Below, in pieces: positions 10,713-21,417 of a DNA stretch of 38,504 nucleotides. Numbering within the stretch: the stretch's first letter is position 1; each line of letters opens with the position of its first letter. A program made the translations under genes and the position numbers. The notes under the pieces are model-generated. The model was not told where the DNA came from and ran no database searches. It saw only the letters and a list, made by a program, of their open reading frames with translations. Source of the stretch: Macrostomum lignano (Eukaryota). The stretch lies in assembly GCA_002269645.1 (NCBI GenBank), contig NIVC01004670.1, positions 1 through 38,504 of the forward strand. The letters are read 5' to 3'.

Positions 10713-12357
10713 GCGCGATGAGCTTGTCCGAATGTGTTGCAGCGGAGGCCTCGGGTCTGCAGGGCTTCCCTGTGGCTGCTCAGGATGGCAGCTCAACTGA
10801 AGCCGAAGGGCCGAGCCAGAGCACCGGCGGGATCCGCGCCCAGCTCGGCCAGGACGGTGCGGCAAAGCTGGCCGATGCGGGCTCGCTGGAGACCATCGCT
10901 GAGCGGCAGGAGACTCCAGAAGGGCCCGGGCGGAGCCCTCAGCGGTTCAACCCGTTCGACACCGACGATCGGGACCAGCTGCGGCTGGTGGAAGAAGCCG
11001 ACGCCAGGAGCGAACAGAGCTCCTTGAGGCGCTGCTCTACTCGCGAGGAAGAGCCTGCAAGTGACGCGGTCTTCATCTCGGAGCTGATGGTGCAGGCGCA
11101 GGTTGAGCAGAGCCGGCTCGAGCCGTTCCACCCGCCATATGATGCAGCGGACGGCTGGCTGCTGTGGGCGCGGCTCTGCGGAGACGCCGCGAAAGCGTCA
11201 TGGACGGAGGTCCGCGTCCGGCTGACCAGCGAGCCCAGCTTGGAGCTGCTCGACGAAGCTACAGACCGGTGCTGCAAGTCATCAGGCTGGATGCGAGCCA
11301 GCAGGTTGGCGAGGACGTGCTGAAGCTGTACGAAGGCGTGGGCCGGCTGCACACATTCAAGCTCAGCTCAGTCCGCTACGCGCCGGAGGGCGAACACCGC
11401 GCCGACTGGTGGTCGCTGCGCTCGCTGCAGCAAGCCATCGTAGGCAGCCGGCTGGCAGAGCGGGAGCAGTCGTGCGGGCCGCGAAGGTGCAGACCGTCGT
11501 AATGAAGTTCGGCAGCGCTGAGCAGTACACGGCCAGATCGCTGGCTTGGGCCATCGAGGACTCGCTGATGAGGATCTCGGATGCGACGCCACAGCCGCCG
11601 CCAGTTGAGTGCGCCAAGGAGAGCAGCTTCTTCTGTGCCTACCTGCGCGACGAATTCGAGGCCATGATCGACCGCGAGGGCCAGGTGATGCACCGCAAGT
11701 GGCGCACCCGGCTGTTCTTTCTGGCTGTTGTCGCTCCGTCCGATGCGCCGAGCTGCGTGGAGCTCGCGCTGAACGACAGGCGGCGCCGAGAGGCCGAGCG
11801 GTCGATCGACTCAGACGGCGGCGACGATGGCGAATGGGTCGGCGTGCTGGACGCGGAGCTGCACGCCCGGGTGGAGGCCCGCAGATATCGGGAATCTCGC
11901 GTCATCCGCTTTCAGCCGGTGCCGTCGTGCCGTCTGGAGGCGGCCCGGGTCCGCACGGTTCCCGGCCGCGACGAGGACTGGCGGCTGGAGCCGCCGCTCC
12001 GCCTGGCCTGCAGATTTGTCGCCTGCGCCGACGGCAACCTGGTGAACATCCGCTGCGCCCTCACAGGCCAGCGCGAGGCGCTCCGGCGTCGAACGGCGGC
12101 CGTGGCGAGCGAAGTTGAGATTCGAGTGCCGCTGCCTGAGGTCTGGCTGCGGCACTTCCGGCTGAAGTCGTCGAGCCCCGCGTCTCCGGGCACGTCGGGC
12201 TCCTCGCCGCGGCTCGAGCGCCTGGCGCAGCTGATCTCCCAGCAGTCGGAGCCGCAAACTGTGGAGCTGAAGGTCAGCGCCGGCTCTGCTCAGTACCACG
12301 ACGCCCACCGGGGCCTCGTTTGGCGTATCGAGCGGCTGCCCGCGGACAAGCTGAGAG
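10713..12357 (+). CDS. STON2: Stonin/stoned-B exon (NPF motif, stonin-homology domain, most of the mu-homology domain), with two apparent 1-nt deletions
   Basis: Acceptor CTCCCTCCGCAG/10713, donor 12357/GTTGGT. RFNPFD; GWLLWAR..W..VRVRL; HTFKL..VRY; MKFGS...AIEDSLMRI; RLFFLA; VELALND; RVIRFQP; VEIRVPLPEVW...FR; SAGSAQYHDAHRGLVWRIERLP all follow stoned-B/STON2 in order. The matches span three frames (changes near 11265 and 11400-11500). Orthology to STON1 versus STON2 is not resolved. Confidence 0.85.
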
Positions 12358-12604
12358 GTTGGTTGCGAATCGATCTGGTGAACTTTTCTAAACCACAGCA
12401 TGACTACTAGCCAACTATAATCATAAGCAATTACATGTATGAGGGGCTGTAAAAGTGAAGATGCAAGCCTATAAGGATAAGGAGTAAATTGTTGAAACGC
12501 GTGCTGTTTGAAATCAGCTTGAGAATGAAATCTGCTTCGGGGAACTTGTTCCCTAGATATTAAAAACAAGTGAAAAGCGGTTCTTCACATCCCACATACA
12601 GCAG

Positions 12605-13098
12605 GCTGTCCGGAGCCCCAGCAGCTGGACTGCAGCCTCCGCCTTCCGCCTGGTGACCTGATTCCCGACGGCGAGGCGCTGACTGACTCCGCGTCGATTG
12701 AGTTCAGCCTGCCGGACACCTTCGTGTCAGGCTGCAGCCTGCGCCGCTTCAGCGTTGACGGCCCGGACGGCCCAGCGGATCGGCAGCAGCTGCTGGAGCG
12801 GCGCTCGGCCAAGTTCAGCTACAGCTGCAGCATCGACTACCGCGGCCTGGGCGATCAGCGGATTGTGGTCGGCGAGCCGGCCGAGAACTCCATGCGAAGT
12901 CGCAGGGCCACTTTCGGCGGCGGCGGCGGTGGCGTCGGAGGCGCCAAATTTCCGGGGTCGCCGCGTTCCCGCGCCTCCGACCTGAGCGGCTTCATTCGCA
13001 GCCTGGTGCACATCAACTCGAGTGGCGCCGAGGCCGAAGGCGCAGCTCGGGGGGAACCGCCGAGCGGAGCAGCCGAGTATCATCAGCCAGACGACTGA
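12605..13098 (+). CDS. STON2: Stonin terminal exon (end of the mu-homology domain)
   Basis: Phase-1 acceptor (NAGNAG CAGCAG, 12602 or 12605). QQLDCSLRL...SIEFSLPDTFVSGCSLRRFSV...KFSYSCSIDY resembles stoned-B HQLVCRMAL..VEFTMP...VRSVSV..YRVGIE. Stop at 13098. Confidence 0.82.
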
Positions 13099-13139
13099 CG
13101 GGCGGCCTGACTGACGATTCGAGCTGAATCTGCAAATCA

Positions 13140-14960
13140 ATCAACGTGCTCGGAATTTATTAGAAATTAGTGTGGAAATAGAAATTAGTTAGAAATTATG
13201 TTTTCACATAAAAATGAAGGCATCAATCACATTGCTTTGATTTTTATGTCCTTTAAATGTACTATGAGCTATCTTTATGGCATGCCTGCATCGGCTTTAC
13301 CTTTCACATTTAAAAATCTAGTTAGTTAGAGGGCTTCATGGAAGTATATATATATTCATTTATTTATTTATTCACATTTTATTTGCTGTTTTTCTGGCGG
13401 CCGAGAAGGCGTAAAGTTTCGCAGTTTGCATTGCTAAACGTGCAACTGTAGTATGCGTGCAGCCACTTAAAAAAACTAGATGTACAGTCGTGGGCCCAGT
13501 ACACTGTTAAAATATTAAAGGCAAAGCAGCACATATTGCTTTTATTAACGGGAGTGCTTTAAGCAAATAAAAAATAATTTGATTTTTATTCTGCGACATA
13601 GCTGGACTTTCTCTGTACACATCATGCAGGTGTATTTGTTTTTGTGCCTTGAAAGATGAACATAGGATCTGCCATTCTGCCTGCTATCAAAAGCAATTGC
13701 AAATTCAGTGCTGAAAAATGAAAATCTCCGTTCTCCTTAATGTATTTTTTCGGTAAAACATCCTCTTAAAAATTTCCTAGAATCGTAGTTCCCTGCATAT
13801 CCTTGGCTTCTACTTGAGTAGTTCTTGAATTTACAGTTGGAAATAATAAGAAGCCAACCCAAGAATACATGGGGACTGCTTACTACACCAAAAGCTGATA
13901 TGGAATATGTGTCCCATCCCACGTCCCGATATCTGGCGCCTCCGATAAACTTAAGATACATGCACATAGCAATGGCGTGATAATTGATCAGTATGAGGTT
14001 TAGTCAAATATAAATACTATTTTTGTAAGTTATTAAACTGCAATAAGTTAAAAACTAAACATTTTAAGTAAAAGATAAAAATATCTTAGTAAATTTAAAG
14101 TCATTTGTTTTACTTACTAACGTACCAATGGTTGGCATTGTCAATATTTTTAAAAGGTACATTATTCTGTCTTTTTGTAGGAATTTGTAGGTACGATTAT
14201 TTCTAGCATTCAGAGAAACTTAACTACTCACGTGGCCAAAGGACTAAATATGCTTATTTTAGCGATGCCTAATCTATTATATATTGCTTTAACTTGTAAA
14301 AAATTCAATTAGTAAAGCAAACTAGACATCTTGCAGTGAATCAATCAGTTTTCCGGTGTAATTTATTTCACTATGTTTGGTTATCAAATATTTTTATAAT
14401 TTCTCCTCTGCCAAAATAAGAAGCAGACTTTTTTCATAAATCTAAAAAATCTGCAAGCCAACTTGCTCAAAAGTCTTGACAAGTAAATATTTTTGAACCT
14501 CTAAAACTTTTATGTAAACCTGAAAAATCACAATATATAACTCTTTTTTTCAAAGTAAATTTTAAAAAGAATATCATACAGTATAATATATTTGATAGTC
14601 ATTTATCTTTATAAAACTTTCCTATGATTTCTTATATTATCATACATTTAATATGCACTCATAGCAAAGTAAATATAAATGAAGTTTTTTAAATTAAAAG
14701 ACAAGCTATATATTTAAGTAAAATGGAAACTAACATGAAAAATTCCATTTTTCTGATTTAGCAAAACTATGATATTGTGTATTGTTATTATAATATCTAA
14801 TCAAAGAATTAAACTTGCAATTTAAATTATTTTATTGCTTTAAAAACTCAATGAGTGATTTGACACTTAATTTATTGATAAACTCTAGAGTACTACTATT
14901 AATTTGAGATTAATCTTAAAACTTCTTTTTAGTAACCTTTTCTTGAAATAATTATTACAC
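13140..14960. other. Strongly AT-rich intergenic island between stonin and PTPDC1
   Basis: Abrupt compositional switch from GC-rich CDS to long A/T runs (by eye about 70% or more AT); no tandem array. Confidence 0.75.
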
Positions 14961-15040
14961 TTGCTTTGAACCCATAGAAAACATCAAGGTGTAATTCATG
15001 AGGCACAGTCTCAGCTGACCTGCATTCCAGGCCCAGCAGG

Positions 15041-15137
15041 ATGGCCGAGTCCAAGCCCAGCCAAGGCCTTGTGCACTCCTACTCTCGCGAGTGCGTGGAG
15101 TGGAGGAACACCGAGGAGGAGCGGAGCGAAATGCTGG
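15041..15137 (+). CDS. PTPDC1: PTPDC1 exon 1 (candidate start)
   Basis: ATG 10 nt after an acceptor CATTCCAG/15031; phase-1 donor G/GTGAGT matches the next exon. Confidence 0.65.
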
Positions 15138-15208
15138 GTGAGTATCGCACAGGTGCAGATTTTGCATGCCCTGCTACCTGCTGGACACGCAGCCCTTTCC
15201 GCCCACAG

Positions 15209-15377
15209 GCAAGCCGCCGGAGTCCCTGTACACCGCGCTGGGCAACGCGGTGCGGCTAGGGCTGTCTGGGGAGACTCTGTGCCGGCAGTTCTGCGGTGGC
15301 GCGGCCTGCAAGCACTGCGACCCGGTTGGCCGCTTCGCTGAGGACGCCTACGCCGTGCGGGGCCTGCACTCGCACTG
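15209..15377 (+). CDS. PTPDC1: PTPDC1 exon 2
   Basis: CCCACAG/GC...TG/GTGAGC. YTALGNAVR...LCRQFCGGAACKHCDP...AVRGLHSHW matches PTPDC1 YTKVGE.LR...CSM.CGGR.CKYENP...AIKGVYSSW. Confidence 0.9.
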
Positions 15378-15464
15378 GTGAGCCTCTGCTTCTAGGGACC
15401 TCTGCGTGCTTGTGGACTGGAACCACAAAAATCTCCAAATTGTTTACTGAGTGTCTGGCGCCAC

Positions 15465-15600
15465 TGGGGGCAGTTTAAATGTGAGAGGGCAGTTTGTATA
15501 TAGGGGACAGTTTACATGTGGGGGGCAGTTTACATGTGGGGGGGCAGTTTACATGTGGGGGGGCAGTTTACATGTGGGGGGCAATTTACATGTGGAGGCA
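15465..15600. repeat. ~17-20-bp degenerate repeat (GGGGGCAGTTTACATGT), ~8 copies, PTPDC1 intron 2
   Basis: Read directly; the G run varies in length. Confidence 0.85.
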
Positions 15601-15803
15601 GCTTACAACCCATTTTTCTGTTTTAAGAATTGCTGTATTGGTTGCCTATCGATTGAAACCTGGACATGTGCGAGATTGTTGGGATGGGCAAAGCTGTTCC
15701 GCAGACTTGTTGCTGCGTCAATTGAAACTTATTTCCTGGGAAGCCAGTGCGGCCCAGTGCCCGGAGTGTCACTGACTTTTCTTTCCCGACTGCTTCTCTG
15801 CAG

Positions 15804-15884
15804 GGTGACGAAAACCATCCTGGCCATGAGTCGGCCAGTGCAGGCCAGGGTTGAGGAGCTCAACATTATCGACCAGTTCAAGGA
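15804..15884 (+). CDS. PTPDC1: PTPDC1 exon 3
   Basis: CTCTGCAG/G...GA/GTGAGT, phase 2-2. WVTKTILAMSRP...NIIDQFKE resembles WVTDNILAMARP...IIDQF. Confidence 0.9.
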
Positions 15885-15999
15885 GTGAGTTGCTCTCGCC
15901 TCTGCTTGCCTGTCATTTTGCCGCAGCATTGGTTTTTACGGGCCGAATGATTGACATGACATCCGGGCATGTACTTCTCACTAGGCTGTATAGGATTTT

Positions 16000-16729
<730 letters not shown>

Positions 16730-16757
16730 TCACAGGCAGCAGCCGCCCCAACCGCAG

Positions 16758-17118
16758 GCAGGGCATCAGGGCGGTGGTGAACCTGCAGGAGCCGGGCGAA
16801 CACGCGCACTGCGGCCAGCCGCTTGTCAACGGCGGCTTCTCCTACGACCCGGCGCTGTTCATGGCGGCCGGGCTGGCGGTGTACAACTTCGCCTGGCCGG
16901 ACTTCACCACCGTGCAGTTCGAGCGCCTGCTGGACGTCGTCAAGGTGATGCAGTTTGCCGCGAGCGAGGGCAGCGTGGCGGTGCACTGCCATGCCGGCCT
17001 GGGCCGCACCGGCCTCGTCATCGCCTGCTACCTGATCTTCGTTGAGCGCCTCAGCGGTGAGGAGGCCATCGCCTACGTCAGGCACCGCAGGCCGCAGTCC
17101 ATCCAGACGCAGCTGCAG
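16758..17118 (+). CDS. PTPDC1: PTPDC1 exon 4 (catalytic PTP/DSP motif)
   Basis: ACCGCAG/G...CAG/GTGAGG. VVNLQEPGEHAHCG, YNFAWPDF, HCHAGLGRTG (HCxxGxGR catalytic loop), RRPQSIQT. Confidence 0.95.
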
Positions 17119-17134
17119 GTGAGGCGCATCTCTC

Positions 17135-17773
17135 GCTGTACTGATGGCTGTCACTGCAGTTTACAGACAGGGACAGCTTGCTGTACTGATGGCTGTCACT
17201 ACAGTTTACAGACAGGGACAGCTTGCTGTACTGATGGCTGTCACTGCAGTTTACAGACAGGGACAGCTTGCTGTACTGATGGCTGTCACTACAGTTTACA
17301 GACAGGGACAGCTTGCTGTACTGAGGCTGTCACTACAGTTTACAGACAGGGACAGCTTGCTGTACTGAGCCTGTCACTACAGCTTACAGACAGGGACAGC
17401 TTGCTGTAATGATGGCCGTCACTGCAGTTTACAGACAGGGACAGCTTGCTGTACTGATGGCTGTCACTACAGCTTACAGACAGGGACAGCTTGCTGTACT
17501 GATGGCTGTCACTACAGTTTACAGACAGGGACAGCTTGCTGTACTGATGGCTGTCACTGCAGTTTACAGACAGGGACAGCTTGCTGTACTGATGGCTGTC
17601 ACTACAGCTTACAGACAGGGACAGCTTGCTGTACTGAGCCTGTCACTACAGTTTACAGACAGGGACAGCTTGCTGTACTGAGCCTGTCACTACAGTTTAC
17701 AGACAGGGACAGCTTGCTGTACCGAGGCTGTTACTACAGTTTACAGACATGGACAGCTTGCTGTACCGAGGCT
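17135..17773. repeat. 45-bp minisatellite (GCTGTACTGATGGCTGTCACTRCAGTTTACAGACAGGGACAGCTT), ~14 copies, PTPDC1 intron 4
   Basis: Read directly; starts 16 nt after the donor. Confidence 0.96.
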
Positions 17774-17804
17774 GAAAGCTTCACCGTCCCGCCTCAACCC
17801 CCAG

Positions 17805-18212
17805 GTGGACTCCGTCATGGACTTCGCCGAGCGCATCCGGCCTTACCTGGTGCTGTTCCCCCACCGGGCCATCGCGTGGGGCCACCGGTTCAGCTACGAG
17901 GAGCACATGCGGCGCCAGGCGGCCATCCTGCATGGCGAGGAGGCCAAGCGGCTGCGCTACCTGTCCCAGCTGGTGTACGCGGTCACGCAGCGGCTGCTGC
18001 AGCTACGGCGGGAGGCGGCCAGCGGGGAGGAGCTGCTCAATCAGGTGCTCAGCGCCTCGCCTGCGCTCGACGAGGAGCTCGAAGGCTGGCGGGATTCGCT
18101 GAACAATCGGCGCTGCTTCCAGGAGATTCTCCAGTGCAGGGAGCCAGCCAAGCTGACAGCCTTCCTGCTGTGCTGGCTGCACCAGCTCAAGGCGCCCGCG
18201 CTCTCCATTCAG
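17805..18212 (+). CDS. PTPDC1: PTPDC1 exon 5
   Basis: CCCCCAG/GTG...CAG/GTGGGC, phase 0-0. RRQAAILHGEEAKRLRYLSQLV and CWLHQLKAP resemble PTPDC1 RQRHLLHGYEARLLKHVPKII and WLEQLKEP. Confidence 0.9.
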
Positions 18213-18315
18213 GTGGGCTTCGGCAAGCTCAGCGACTTTCTTTGCTTTGCTGATCAGAGCTAGTTGACCATGCATGATACAAGTGTGAATACGAACAAAT
18301 CAGAGCTCTTTTGCT

Positions 18316-18570
18316 AAGATAAGAACCCATCCCAGCCAATCAGAGCCCGTCTGCAGAGATAAGAACCCAGCCAACCAGAGCCCGTCTGCAACGATAAGAA
18401 CCTATCCCAGCCAATCACAGCCCGTCTGCAAAGATAAGTACCTATCCCAGCTAATCAGAGACTGTCTGCAAATATAAGAACCTATCCCAGCAAACCAGAG
18501 CCTGTCTGCAAATATAAGAACCTATCCCAGCCAATCAGAGACTGTCTGCAAAGATAAGAACCTATCCCAC
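18316..18570. repeat. ~40-bp repeat (AAGATAAGAACCTATCCCAGCCAATCAGAGCCCGTCTGCA), ~7 copies, PTPDC1 intron 5
   Basis: Read directly. Confidence 0.9.
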
Positions 18571-18600
18571 GCAATCACGCCTCAAACCACCCGGCCGCAG

Positions 18601-18930
18601 AACGTGTCCACCCTGATGAAGACGCAGACGATCACTGGCGGCCTGGACGCGGTGGACCGGTACACCAGCACCCTGGTCCGCTACATGGCGCTGTTCCTGC
18701 TGCAGCTGGTAAGCGACCAGTCTGACGACGCGGAGGTGGATGTCATTCTGCTGTTCCTGTCTGCGCTGACCCACCAGTCCCAGCCGCACAGCAGGCGGAG
18801 CGACTTCGCCCGCTACTTCATCAAGCTGGTGGACTACGTGGAGGGCCTGCTGGAGCGCCGAGTCAGCCCGGAGCTGGTGTGGCGGGACCGCGCGGACCGG
18901 CTGCATAAGCGGCTGAGCGGCCAGCCCTGA
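18601..18930 (+). CDS. PTPDC1: PTPDC1 terminal exon
   Basis: GGCCGCAG/AAC in phase 0, coding-like composition, TGA at 18930. The six exons sum to 1446 nt (481 aa + stop) with no frameshift. Confidence 0.78.
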   Translation, partial: NVSTLMKTQTITGGLDAVDRYTSTLVRYMALFLLQLVSDQSDDAEVDVILLFLSALTHQSQPHSRRSDFARYFIKLVDYVEGLLERRVSPELVWRDRADRLHKRLSGQP

Positions 18931-19169
18931 GTGCTGCAGGTGGCCGCCCGGAGCTGTGCAGTCTCTGCAATCATTTTTGAACTTGAGGAGAATGTGGACA
19001 CACTTAGTTGTTTTTATATCCCAGCTCCTGGGACCCTTATCCCTATATTGTTTGAGACTAGTGTCCTTTGTGATCAAAGTTCTTACAGTAATTAAGGAAA
19101 TTTCATCCCGAGAGCTCTAAGAACTTTGATTTTAGTACTATAAGAGATAAAGTTTCTTTGTGTACTTTG

Positions 19170-19395
19170 CATCAAGGTCCTTAGTGTACTCTAGATCAAA
19201 GTCCTTAGTGCACTTTTGATCAAAGTCCTTAGTGTACTCTGGATCAAAGTCTTTAGTGCACTTTGGATCAAGTCCTTAGTGCACTTTGGACCAAAGCCTT
19301 AGTGTACTTTGGATCAAAGTCCTTAGTGTACTTTGAATCAAAGCCTTAGTGTACTTTGGATCAAAGTCTTAGTGTACTTTGGATGTACTTTGGAC
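19170..19395. repeat. ~24-bp repeat (GATCAAAGTCCTTAGTGTACTTTG), ~9 copies
   Basis: Read directly. Confidence 0.9.
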
Positions 19396-19846
19396 TTCTC
19401 TCTATGGCATCAGTAGTGCAGCGCGCCCTCCGTTATCGGAGTCACAATTTGCAGCAGCGCTAGTCTGAAACTCAAAAGTCAGACATTGCTATTTTTTCTA
19501 CTATTTATATTTTGTTTTACTAAACTCGCACACAGTTATTTATCAGATTCTGTAACTGACCGCAATTCAACATTCCGTCTGCAATTGACTGTGAAGAGTG
19601 TACTTGCAATGAACTTTTTTCCTATAATTTTTTCTTTGTACATGTATACATGCGGCAGTTCCGAAGGCGTCACTCACTGGTCAGCCGCAATGCGTTCATG
19701 CTTACTACTAGTAGTTTTTCCTGCTTTCGTCAAAATTTTCAAATAAAAGTCTAACTATTTTCTAACTAAAAGTCTAACTAAAGGTCCTGGGTTGGATCCT
19801 TTCGCTAGTTGTCCTATGCAATCTACGGTAAACCAATTTTTGAAGC

Positions 19847-20651
19847 TGATTGATCCATTGGCTGATTGACTGACTGATTGATTTAATGATTGATTGACTG
19901 ACTGATTGATTGATTGATTTAATGATTTGCTGACTGATTTATTGATTGACTGATTGATTGATTGATTGCTTGATTGACTGATTGATTGATTGATTGATTT
20001 AATGATTGGCTGATTGATTGACTGATTGATTGATTGATTGATTTAATGATTTGCTGACTGATTTATTGATTGACTGATTGATTGATTGATTGACTGATTG
20101 ACTGATTGATTGATTGATTGACTGATTGATTGGTTGATTGATTGGCTGACTGATTGATTGGTTGATTGACTGATTGATTGATGATTGATTGATTGATTTG
20201 ATTGACTGATTTATTGATTGACTGATTGATTGATTGCTTGATTGACTGACTGATTGATTGATTGATTGATTGACTGATTGACTGATTGATTGATCGATTG
20301 ACTGATTGATTGATTGATTGATTGACTGATTGATTGATTGACTGATTGATTGACTGATTGACTGACTGATTGATTGATTGATTGATTGACTGATTGACTG
20401 ATTGATTGATCGATTTACTGATTGATTGATTGATTGACTGATTGATTGATTGACTGATTGATTGACTGATTGACTGACTGATTGACTGACTGATTGATTG
20501 ACTGATTGATTGACTGATTGACTGACTGATTGACTGACTGATTGATTGACTGATTGATTGACTGATTGATGATGATTGACTGACTATTGATTGACTGATT
20601 GACTGACTGATTGACTGATTGACTGACTGATTGACTGACTGACTGACTGAT
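19847..20651. repeat. (GATT/GACT)n microsatellite between the convergent 3' ends
   Basis: Read directly. Confidence 0.97.
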
Positions 20652-21044
20652 GGGCATACGGGCACTCACAGCTGCTGCACTGAAAGCCAAGCGAAAGCAT
20701 CGTGGATGATTCTGAAAAGCTCAAGCCAGCGGCAGGTCAGCCCCCTCCGCAGTTCTCAAGAGAGTTCTCAAAGCAATTAAAACCGGCTCAGCTCAGGCGC
20801 GAGTTCCGCTGTCTTAAAAAATGTCTGCTGCCGTCTCGGCGGTAGAAACTGCCGATATAAAAAACTGAGCAATTTGGAGAGGCCGGTTTAATCGTAATAG
20901 AAATGAGCTGAGCTGCGGTACGGAAAAAACTGAGTCTGCGAGAAGGCCAAATGCCTCATCAAATTAAGCTCTCTTAATTAGTCCTGCGGCACCTGACTGC
21001 CAACTGCTCCCCGCCAGAACTCCTCGCAGGCAAAAAAATGAAAA

Positions 21045-21372
21045 TCAGAGTCCCAGGCCCGGAGGCTGGGAGCTGCCGGCCCGCCGCTCCATCTGCTGCA
21101 GCCGCCGCAGCTGCCGCTCGATGGCGTTGCTCAGCTCCGTTGCCTTGGCAACCAGCTGCCGCTGCAGACTCAGCTCGCCTTCCAGCGGGGCGGCCGCCCC
21201 TGACGATTCTGCCGCCTCGGCCACCTCCTCCTCGGATGTCGCCTCGGCCAGGCGCCGTCGGGCCTCGTTGATCTCGCTGGAGTTGGAGTAGTTGCCGCGC
21301 CGCATCACCACCTTCAGCAGCCCACTGCTCCTGGAGTACATCGCCTCCCGCTCCTCCTGCTGGCTCAGGAAT
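21045..21372 (-). CDS. Terminal exon of a large unidentified low-complexity gene (coiled-coil-like end)
   Basis: Acceptor CCCGGCCGCAG/A in phase 2; FLSQQEEREAMYSR...LQRQLVAKATELSNAIERQLRRLQQME...GLGL-stop. Confidence 0.72.
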
Positions 21373-21417
21373 CTGCGGCCGGGAGTTCGGGTTGCTGCTT
21401 CATCTCAGCCTGTGATT

